In this document: piece by piece, positions 26,488-33,064 of the stretch
Position numbering within the stretch: position 1 is the first letter of the stretch
Layout: every line of letters starts with the position of its first letter
IMG/VR virus record: IMGVR_UViG_3300027782_000035
Reading direction: 5' to 3' (one strand)
Source: a virus
Length of the DNA: 64,000 bases
Position numbers and translations under genes: made by a program
Notes under the pieces: model-generated
The model's input: only the letters and a program-made list of their open reading frames with translations
Told to the model about the DNA's origin: nothing
Databases searched by the model: none

Positions 26488-26499
26488 AATTATCTCCTT

Positions 26500-26574
26500 T
26501 GGTGCTGATGGCGGGACTCGAACCCACGACCTCTTCCTTACCAAGGAAGTACACTACCACTGTGTTACATCAGC
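26500..26574 (-). tRNA. tRNA-Thr(GGU)
   Basis: Cloverleaf; CCA. Confidence 0.92.
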
Positions 26575-26585
26575 AAATTATAAAA

Positions 26586-26662
26586 TGGTCGGAGTACAAG
26601 GATTCGAACCTTGGACCCCCTGGTCCCAAACCAGGTGCGCTACCAGACTGCGCTACACTCCG
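26586..26662 (-). tRNA. tRNA-Pro(UGG)
   Basis: Cloverleaf; CCA. Confidence 0.93.
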
Positions 26663-26674
26663 TAAAACTATATA

Positions 26675-26750
26675 TGGTAGTTGAGGTGGGACTCGAACCC
26701 ACGATAGTCACCGTATGAAGGTGGTGCATTAGCCACTATGCTACTCAACC
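26675..26750 (-). tRNA. tRNA with CAU anticodon (elongator Met or Ile2)
   Basis: Cloverleaf; loop UUCAUAC. Confidence 0.85.
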
Positions 26751-26759
26751 ATATAAACT

Positions 26760-26834
26760 TGGTGCCGGATGTCTGGTTCGAACAGACGACCTATCGCTTA
26801 CAAGGCGATTGCACTACCACTGTGCTAATCCGGC
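26760..26834 (-). tRNA. tRNA-Thr(UGU)
   Basis: Cloverleaf; CCA. Confidence 0.92.
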
Positions 26835-26840
26835 GAAAAC

Positions 26841-26917
26841 TGGTAGCGGAGGAGGGATTCGAACCCCCGATTCTTGGCTTATGAGACCAAGCGGATAGAC
26901 CACTTCCATACTCCGCG
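26841..26917 (-). tRNA. tRNA-fMet-like (CAU)
   Basis: CGCGGAG 5' end with a 1:72 mismatch. Confidence 0.8.
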
Positions 26918-26923
26918 ATATAT

Positions 26924-26999
26924 TGGTGGAGGTGACAGGACTCGAACCCGCTACCTACTGCTTGCAAAGCAGCCGCTCTCCCAGCTGAGCTACACCCCC
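26924..26999 (-). tRNA. tRNA-Ala(UGC)
   Basis: G3.U70; CCA. Confidence 0.93.
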
Positions 27000-27007
27000 A
27001 AAAAACT

Positions 27008-27082
27008 TGGCGCGTCCTGAAGGAATCGAACCTCCATCCCAAAGTTCGTAGCCTTGTATATTATCCATTATACGAAGGACGC
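27008..27082 (-). tRNA. tRNA-Arg(ACG)
   Basis: Cloverleaf; CCA. Confidence 0.9.
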
Positions 27083-27089
27083 ATTATTC

Positions 27090-27145
27090 AACAGAATCGT
27101 TTTGCTTTTTTTCATAAAAAGTTTTTTATTGCTGAACCGATTCTA
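27090..27145 (-). ncRNA. CAGCA-stem small RNA, unit 4 (dispersed copy between tRNAs)
   Basis: U-AGAAUCG GUU CAGCAA ... CGAUUCU-GUU; stem covaries with unit 2. Confidence 0.6.
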
Positions 27146-27149
27146 AAAC

Positions 27150-27225
27150 TGGCTCCCCAGCGTGGGATCGAACCACGGACACCTTGATTAACAGTCAAGT
27201 GCAACTACCGCTGTGCTACTGGGGA
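27150..27225 (-). tRNA. tRNA-Asn(GUU)
   Basis: Cloverleaf; CCA. Confidence 0.92.
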
Positions 27226-27379
27226 ATAAATATTTTTATGATAGACGTCAACACCGCAATTGCTCGCTTGTACAAATTTTCACAAAGAAAATACGTACAG
27301 CGTGCGTCTTACACTAACTCTAAAGAATTCAAACTTGATGAACTTCTAAGTAAACCTAAGCCTGAATTCAAACCAATCG

Positions 27380-27467
27380 TGGTGGGTGTTGATGGTAACG
27401 CTCCACGAACCTGACTTCCCATCTCTTTAGGTAACGGTTTTACAGACCGCCGACGGGGGCAACACCC
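27380..27467 (-). tRNA. Atypical tRNA-Tyr(GUA)-like RNA lacking a normal D arm
   Basis: Acceptor GGGUGUU/AACACCC-ACCA; anticodon arm GCGGU CUGUAAA ACCGU; non-canonical D and T regions. Confidence 0.6.
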
Positions 27468-27473
27468 TAAACT

Positions 27474-27547
27474 TGGTCCCCTCGTATGGAATCGGACCAT
27501 CTTCTCTCGGTTATCAGCCGAGTGCTCTACCATTGAGCTACAAGGGG
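27474..27547 (-). tRNA. tRNA-Ile(GAU)
   Basis: Cloverleaf; CCA. Confidence 0.88.
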
Positions 27548-27553
27548 AAATAT

Positions 27554-27629
27554 TGGTAGGAACGATTGGACTCGAACCAACCACACGCAAATTTTCAGTC
27601 TGCTGCTCTACCTGATGAGCTACGTTCCC
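27554..27629 (-). tRNA. tRNA-Phe(GAA)
   Basis: Cloverleaf; CCA. Confidence 0.9.
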
Positions 27630-27635
27630 ATTATA

Positions 27636-27727
27636 TGGCGGAAAGCAGAGGAGTCGAACCCCATCCCATTTCTGAGAACCCAGTTTTCAAGGCTGGTCGC
27701 CGGACCATCCCAGCTGCATTACTTTCC
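27636..27727 (-). tRNA. tRNA-Ser(UGA)
   Basis: Long variable arm; G73. Confidence 0.85.
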
Positions 27728-27734
27728 ATAAACT

Positions 27735-27811
27735 TGGTACCCCAGAGGAGACTCGAACTCCTAAAATTTGGTTTCTAAGACCAACACGTATACCAATTCC
27801 GTCACCGGGGC
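27735..27811 (-). tRNA. tRNA-Leu(UAG), short variable loop
   Basis: 77 nt; Leu-type D loop but no long variable arm. Confidence 0.85.
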
Positions 27812-27818
27812 AATAATT

Positions 27819-27963
27819 ATTGTTAAGTGTTATCCGCCGATTTGTCAAAAATGTAGCTAGCACTGACAAGCGAATAGCAGTTATATCAGGACCTGTTCCT
27901 CGCACAGTTAGGCCCGCATAGTGTAAGCGTCCTTACACGATACCTTGATAACACTTAACAATA
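27819..27963 (-). ncRNA. Structured RNA enclosed by a perfect 17-bp stem (element D)
   Basis: tattgttaagtgttatc ... gataacacttaacaata; internal hairpins. Confidence 0.5.
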
Positions 27964-27968
27964 AACTA

Positions 27969-28043
27969 TGGCGGTGCCAAGGGGTAACGATCCCCTTCTT
28001 CGAGCGTGACAGGCTCGTGTGCGTCCATGAACACTTTGGCACC
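27969..28043 (-). tRNA. tRNA-Asp(GUC)
   Basis: Cloverleaf; G73. Confidence 0.88.
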
Positions 28044-28047
28044 AAAT

Positions 28048-28236
28048 TAGGATAAGCTACTGGGTTCCACGCCAGCCCTTAATTGAGCAGTTACTCTGTC
28101 CATCCCTTTTATTCTGATGTCTGTGTGCAGAGGGAACTGCCTATCAGAGCCTGAGGGGTTACCTCGCTAACGGTTTTCTGCCACCGGATCTCTGTCGCTA
28201 ATCAAACGCTATTTTAACGAAAATAGTAACGGGATT
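28048..28236 (-). ncRNA. Unassigned multi-hairpin structured RNA
   Basis: GC-rich, ORF-free, several hairpins (e.g. CUAUUUU-CGUU-AAAAUAG, UCUGAU...AUCAGA). Confidence 0.4.
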
Positions 28237-28237
28237 C

Positions 28238-28410
28238 TACCATAAAGAAACACACTGGCAAATCCCTTCCTGAGACTATTGCGTTTGCTCCGCTCACTCT
28301 TGTTTTCTCGGATTCCTTGGGCTTGAGATTAAACTCAGGAAAGCATAGGGTTCCAGCCTATGGCTAACATCCGCCCTCACCGGTACTGGGCAATGTGTTT
28401 CTTTATGGTA
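28238..28410 (-). ncRNA. tRNA-trailing 17-bp stem enclosing a ~135-nt structured insert (element B)
   Basis: taccataaagaaacaca ... tgtgtttctttatggta (perfect). Confidence 0.55.
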
Positions 28411-28480
28411 CACGGTACGGGAATCGAACCCGTCTTACATACGTGAAAGGCATGTGTCCTAACCGATAGACGAACCGTGC
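28406..28480 (-). tRNA. tRNA-Glu(UUC)
   Basis: Cloverleaf; CCA. Confidence 0.9.
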
Positions 28481-28510
28481 ATGGTGGTGGTTTTTAGAGA
28501 ACCACCAAAC

Positions 28511-28621
28511 TCAATGGCTGACCTTTGGTCATTTAATGTTTCCTGCTCGGCGTTTTGACGTGCATCCTTTTCAGGCTGACCTTCAAGGTCCATTTAATGC
28601 GTCCTGCGTTGCGTTTTGAAA
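28511..28621 (-). repeat. Tandem pair of ~50-nt structured RNA motifs in the tRNA operon leader
   Basis: UCAAAACGC-n3-GCAGGA-nn-CAUUAAAUG(G)ACC-loop-GGUCAGCC..UGA, two copies. Confidence 0.6.
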
Positions 28622-28676
28622 CAACCTTTACGTGCCTCATGCTCCGTATTTACCGTAGACTTAGAGAGGACTTTTA

Positions 28677-28746
28677 GAATTTTTAAAGAACGTTTGCTTT
28701 ATCAGCAGTAGATAGAGATTATACACCATCTACGATTTATTGTACA
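28677..28746 (-). promoter_or_regulatory. Early promoter, hairpin and rrn-like boxA for the tRNA operon
   Basis: TGTACA-N17-TATAAT; UGCU-GAUAA-AGCA hairpin; CGUUCUUUAAAAAUUC. Confidence 0.65.
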
Positions 28747-28755
28747 CCGTTATTT

Positions 28756-28947
28756 TTAAACTCTTTCAACGGTTCCTAAAACACCGCGCGTACCGCGCGT
28801 GTATTTAGACACAGTCTGAGCCCATACAGTGTACCTAGATTTGTCAATGGGAAAAGTCTCTTGACCTTTCTTTGGTCCACGATAAGCGCACTGAGTAAAC
28901 TTAACGCCATCAATAACGATTACAGTGTCTTTAGATTTCCTAGCCAT
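28756..28947 (-). CDS. Hypothetical early protein
   Basis: AAGGA SD; own promoter and palindrome at 28978-29039. Confidence 0.6.
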   Translation of the reverse strand: MARKSKDTVIVIDGVKFTQCAYRGPKKGQETFPIDKSRYTVWAQTVSKYTRGTRGVLGTVERV

Positions 28948-29189
28948 TTAAGTTCCTTTGTTTGACTTGATATAGCTATTCTATCAAATTGACGATTTAT
29001 TGTACACCGTTATTTCAATAGTTGACTAAAACAGTCAACTTAAACCTTTAGTATTCAAAATGCATCAGGTGATCTTGAAAGGCATCGAGCTAGGGTAATC
29101 CCTATCGAGCCATCAAACGTTCATTCTGGTGCATTCTGTACACATAAGTTGTTGATTTATAAGGGCTAAAAATAGCCTTTTTATCACTT

Positions 29190-29267
29190 TGGAGCAACGG
29201 GTGAGATTCGAACTCACGGTTTTACGGATTTGCAATCCATTGCGTTGGGCCTCTCCGCCACCGTTGC
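29190..29267 (-). tRNA. tRNA-Cys(GCA)
   Basis: U73; CCA. Confidence 0.88.
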
Positions 29268-29268
29268 A

Positions 29269-29826
29269 TTAATTCCATACACGAGAATGTTTTGGCACTC
29301 CTGACTTTAGGTACTCCATCTGATCAGCCAGAATGTGTCGATTCTGAAGGATCATGTTTTCGTAATGATTAGGTGCGTATGGAACATATAGAAGTTCAAG
29401 CCCGCACTGATGAAGTAACTTGGCTCCTTTATGAGTGTTACACTTTACGCATGCAGTCACTACGTTAGACCATACGTTTTCACCACCTTTTGAAACTGGA
29501 ACAATGTGATCCCGTGATAGGTTGTTATTGGTAAAGAGCCCACCACAGTAAGCACATATATGCTTGTCGCGCGAGAATAAAGTTTTATTTGTTAGGATAA
29601 CACTGCCAGCACGTTCGATTGCAAATCCTTTACCACGTACAGCAATGATCGATGGAGTTTCTATAACGGACATACGGCCATCATTCTGAGTTCCTCCACG
29701 GAACGTTGCTACTACGTCACCAAGAGTCCACACTACCATATCCTTAGCGAAGTATGATACTGCGTCTTCATAGTTAATCCACTTGCGTGGTAGTCCAGAT
29801 ACGTCTAATGCTAATACATGTGACAT
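29269..29826 (-). CDS. HNH endonuclease (McrA-like)
   Basis: RD...CAYCG, DHIVPVSKGG, WSNVVTACVKCN..KG. Confidence 0.9.
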   Translation of the reverse strand: MSHVLALDVSGLPRKWINYEDAVSYFAKDMVVWTLGDVVATFRGGTQNDGRMSVIETPSIIAVRGKGFAIERAGSVILTNKTLFSRDKHICAYCGGLFTNNNLSRDHIVPVSKGGENVWSNVVTACVKCNTHKGAKLLHQCGLELLYVPYAPNHYENMILQNRHILADQMEYLKSGVPKHSRVWN

Positions 29827-29863
29827 GATTACTCCTTACAACTTTCTTCCTTAATTATATAGG

Positions 29864-29939
<76 letters not shown>

Positions 29940-29947
29940 ATTAAAAC

Positions 29948-30039
29948 TGGTACCAGCGGAGGGGATCGAACCCTCTCAAGAACGCTAATCTGGCGCTAAA
30001 AGGCTTATAAGACCTCTCTGACTTCCAAGTCTCGCTGGC
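29948..30039 (-). tRNA. Atypical tRNA with UAU anticodon and long variable arm
   Basis: Acceptor GCCAGCG/CGCUGGU-ACCA; minimal D arm GACU-UGGA-AGUC; canonical T arm. Confidence 0.75.
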
Positions 30040-30044
30040 ATATT

Positions 30045-30134
30045 TGGCGGAGTGACTGGGACTCGAACCCAGAAGCCTGCTTTCGCAAACCGACGGATTA
30101 GCAATCCGCTCTAATACCATTATAGGACCACTCC
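30045..30134 (-). tRNA. tRNA-Ser(GCU)
   Basis: Long variable arm; G73. Confidence 0.9.
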
Positions 30135-30141
30135 AAAATCT

Positions 30142-30219
30142 TGGTCTGGGTAGCAGGATTCGAACCTGCAGCCTCGAAGTTCCAAACCTCGCCGTCTACC
30201 TGATTGACAATATACCCAG
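30142..30219 (-). tRNA. Second, divergent tRNA-Pro(UGG)
   Basis: Loop UUUGGAA (A37); CCA. Confidence 0.8.
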
Positions 30220-30225
30220 ATGAAA

Positions 30226-30307
30226 CCATATCGAAACACACTTCGGATACTGTACTAAACAGGAACTATCCACCACGGCCATGGCGCTGAAATGCATTTC
30301 AATATGG
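30226..30307 (-). ncRNA. tRNA-trailing stem with ~50-nt insert (element C)
   Basis: ccatatcgaaacacac ... atgcatttcaatatgg; same family as A and B. Confidence 0.45.
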
Positions 30308-30378
30308 CACCGGAACTAGGGTTCGAACCTAGGACGACAGAGTCAAAGTCTGTTGTGTTACCACTACACTATTCCGGA
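30305..30378 (-). tRNA. tRNA-Gln(UUG)
   Basis: Cloverleaf; G73. Confidence 0.9.
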
Positions 30379-30395
30379 TCAATTATAAAGAATAC

Positions 30396-30470
30396 GAATT
30401 TTTAAAGAACGTTGTCAATCTTTTTGATTGACTGTAGATGTATTATACACCATCTACGATTTATTGTACA
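30396..30470 (-). promoter_or_regulatory. Early promoter, boxB-like hairpin and rrn-like boxA
   Basis: Promoter identical to 28718-28748; GUCAAUC-AAAAA-GAUUGAC hairpin; CGUUCUUUAAAAAUUC. Confidence 0.7.
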
Positions 30471-30476
30471 CCACTA

Positions 30477-30512
30477 AACAAAAAAGGCCCTAGTTTTTTT
30501 ACTAGGGCCTTT
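30477..30512 (-). terminator. Intrinsic terminator (attenuator) upstream of the tRNA array
   Basis: AAAGGCCCUAG-loop-CUAGGGCCUUUUUU. Confidence 0.85.
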
Positions 30513-30540
30513 GGTTAGATTAACTTGCTTCTATCTTACC

Positions 30541-30639
30541 TTAGACCCTTACGCTCCATTCTGGAGAAAATGTGCGTGCAATCGCCTGATCATTTAGACC
30601 ATTAAATTTTACGCTATAAGATATGTAACAGAGATGCAT
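30541..30639 (-). CDS. Putative attenuator leader peptide containing all 20 amino acids (32 aa)
   Basis: MHLCYISYSVKFNGLNDQAIARTFSPEWSVRV; stop codon inside the antiterminator; AGGT SD; late promoter upstream. Confidence 0.7.
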   Translation of the reverse strand: MHLCYISYSVKFNGLNDQAIARTFSPEWSVRV

Positions 30640-30668
30640 GATTACCTATTAAGTTAGGGTGTTTAATT

Positions 30669-30676
30669 TATTTATA
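30669..30676 (-). promoter_or_regulatory. T4-type late promoter TATAAATA
   Basis: Exact consensus ~30 nt upstream of the leader ATG. Confidence 0.7.
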
Positions 30677-30908
30677 CGCTTGAACTGGCCGATGATGAAA
30701 ATAGTTCATCATGATAGTCGATTTCATCACTTTTTTCGCCACGCCAAAATACGATAGAAGTGTCATCATGGTCTGTCACTTTGTACTGAGCGATGTCAAA
30801 ATTAAATGCTTTGCAATGAGAGATTACAGTTTCAATCGATCCTTCAAGGGATTTGGAATACCCCATCTCTTTGTCATTCTTAAAAATTTTGTACATTCGA
30901 ATTTTCAT
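30672..30908 (-). CDS. Hypothetical protein
   Basis: ATGA-coupled to the ligase gene. Confidence 0.55.
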   Translation of the reverse strand: MKIRMYKIFKNDKEMGYSKSLEGSIETVISHCKAFNFDIAQYKVTDHDDTSIVFWRGEKSDEIDYHDELFSSSASSSV

Positions 30909-32227
30909 TTGATAACCTTTGATGAATCTGCTTTGTCTTTATCTTCACGTACCTCAATAAACACCGGCAGAAAAAGCGATTCTTCACCTTGCTTGTTTTT
31001 AATACGTGCGTTATACTTTACACTTATAATTTTATCAACAATTGATTGAGTTGTAAAATTAATTCTATCTAAATCTTTGAAGCCTGAGCCTACGTCTACT
31101 TTAATTACACCATCGTCTGATTCACAAATGAGTGCACCAAGCATTCCTTCGTATTTCCCAGTGCCAGGTTGAATGCCAACTACTTTTAGTTCGCACTCAA
31201 GTTCTCCTTTGAACTTAATCTGATGCTTAGCGCGTTTGTCTTCCCATACACCAAGCATATTCTTAAGGATGATACCCTCAAGACCTAGATCATAATACTC
31301 TTGAAACTTCTTGTTAGCTTCATCTATGTCATTGACGATATCATAGGACACCAGCCAGATTTTCTTTTCAGGTAAACGAGCATTAAATATGTTCAGCAAC
31401 GCTTGCAATGAAGCAAAGCGAGTTGAATATGGGATGTTATATACACCAGTCTTCCAGTGATCATAAGGTATAACATCCCATATCGTAGCATGCACCATTG
31501 CTGCTTCTTCTTTAGAGATAGTGCCCTTGTTAGCCTTATTCAATATGCCATTGCCGGTTTGACGATCTGTGAACTGATGATCTCCTGGAAGCATCACCGT
31601 TAATTCGCCATCAAATACACAATCGTTTCCAGCCGAAAGCTTAATGAACTCTTGGCCAAGATTTCCAAGCAATTGGATTTCCTTGCCATTACGACTACGA
31701 AACTCGACAGAACTATCAATAGCAGTGTGTCTTACAATAGCATTGAATCGCATACCATCCATCTTAAGCTGAGCCATCGCAGGCCAAGACATCTTATCTA
31801 CAAGCTTTTGATCATAACCACTTGCAAGCATGCAAGGGTACTCATGAATGAGATTAGACCAGATCTTGTTTGCTGTAGATTCTGATGCGCCGCACTTAAG
31901 ATCTTTTCCAATGATACGCTCAATAACTTTAGCATCGCTTGGCGATACCTCGCTAAGTAGCAACTTAAGATACTCAATAGCTTTATTTCCAGTTAGCTGG
32001 CGCTTGCTAAGCGTATCTAACTTAGGAAGTGCAGACTCAAGTGTATGCCACACCGGACGATCAGTAACATAATCGGGAATCTTACGCTGATAGAACTGAG
32101 TGAATGGATCGTAAGCGAGAAAGAATACTCGCTTCAGTAGTTCATTATCCTTTTCACGCTTAAGGATAGCTTCCTTCTCAAGACGAGAAGAAGTAGACTC
32201 AAGTTCGCTTAGGATAGACAGAATCAT
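30905..32227 (-). CDS. ATP-dependent DNA ligase (T4 gp30-like)
   Basis: KMDGMR, FDGEL, EGIILKN, WEDKR, SLFLPVF. Confidence 0.95.
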   Translation of the reverse strand: MILSILSELESTSSRLEKEAILKREKDNELLKRVFFLAYDPFTQFYQRKIPDYVTDRPVWHTLESALPKLDTLSKRQLTGNKAIEYLKLLLSEVSPSDAKVIERIIGKDLKCGASESTANKIWSNLIHEYPCMLASGYDQKLVDKMSWPAMAQLKMDGMRFNAIVRHTAIDSSVEFRSRNGKEIQLLGNLGQEFIKLSAGNDCVFDGELTVMLPGDHQFTDRQTGNGILNKANKGTISKEEAAMVHATIWDVIPYDHWKTGVYNIPYSTRFASLQALLNIFNARLPEKKIWLVSYDIVNDIDEANKKFQEYYDLGLEGIILKNMLGVWEDKRAKHQIKFKGELECELKVVGIQPGTGKYEGMLGALICESDDGVIKVDVGSGFKDLDRINFTTQSIVDKIISVKYNARIKNKQGEESLFLPVFIEVREDKDKADSSKVIK

Positions 32228-32436
32228 ATGCGTTCCTTAATAGAATTCACGCCAAAAAACATTAGAGCAAGACCAAGTGCAGCGATGGCAAGCGCGCCAA
32301 GTACGGGAAATGTAGGATCGTGATCTAGAGATCCTACAGCGCCATAAACAAGAAAAAGTCCTAGTATTGTACGAATCATAATGTCCTCTAAATCTGATAG
32401 TAAAATTATATCAAATTGATGAATATTTGTACAGGG

Positions 32437-32651
32437 CTATTGATTATTCTTTGTGAATTTGTTTATCACTTCTCGTGCTTCTTCAAAACCGCTATGATCT
32501 AAGACTATCCTATCCAACGCGAATTCAACTTCTTCAACAAGCCATTCAATGTATTCGATTTCGTCGTCGGGTAGATTTGCCAGCCAGTGAGCGAGTTCTG
32601 CTTGCTCCATCGAGAGAATAACCTTAAGATTTTTTTGGTGTTGTGTCCTCA
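32437..32651 (-). CDS. Hypothetical protein
   Basis: Resembles 59349-59567 (NL..IL, D..YI.W.L pattern). Confidence 0.55.
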
Positions 32652-33064
32652 TTCTTTTTGACCTGTACTGGAATGAAGCCATGTTCGGCTGCTAACTTAG
32701 CAGTGACATTCTTATATAGTTTATTTAGCTTTTGATCTTTTACAGCAAGAAGAACTTTCGCTTCAGACGGATGAACACTCTCAAGCAATTGAAGGAAGAG
32801 CTGTTCTCGTCGGAGCTTGGGAAGTTGACGTGCTTTCGTGAAGACATATAGTTTACGCATTTCTTGCGTAAAGTTTGTAGGAGTCATTCCAATAGGCGCT
32901 GCATCAGGCTTAAATGGAGGATCTCCTTCGGGTAGATCAAATTTTTGTTCAGGAATGAAAGCGTATTGGAAGAGAAACTTTAGCCCAACATCTTCACGAT
33001 ATTTTGCTAGTGTTGTCGGTTCCTTATTAACTTCCTCTAGGATTTCAGTAATATACTTTCGCAT
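32624..33064 (-). CDS. Conserved T4-like protein downstream of rnh
   Basis: LPEG.PPFKP, RREQLF.QLLE..HP.EA. Confidence 0.75.
   Translation of the reverse strand: MRKYITEILEEVNKEPTTLAKYREDVGLKFLFQYAFIPEQKFDLPEGDPPFKPDAAPIGMTPTNFTQEMRKLYVFTKARQLPKLRREQLFLQLLESVHPSEAKVLLAVKDQKLNKLYKNVTAKLAAEHGFIPVQVKKNEDTTPKKS

Noticed and set aside
25440-27905. ORF-track entries overlapping tRNAs (e.g. 25818-26045, 26474-26684, 26791-27042, 27309-27590, 27566-27905)
   Set aside because: Spurious translations of tRNA genes.
28511-28621. Hammerhead, pistol or twister ribozyme
   Set aside because: Core consensus elements (e.g. CUGAnGA/GAAA, pistol pseudoknot) could not be fitted by eye; left as an unassigned motif.
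29269-29826. HNH as an intron-encoded homing endonuclease splitting a tRNA
   Set aside because: The flanking tRNA-Cys and tRNA-Ile2 are both intact; the gene is free-standing with its own SD.
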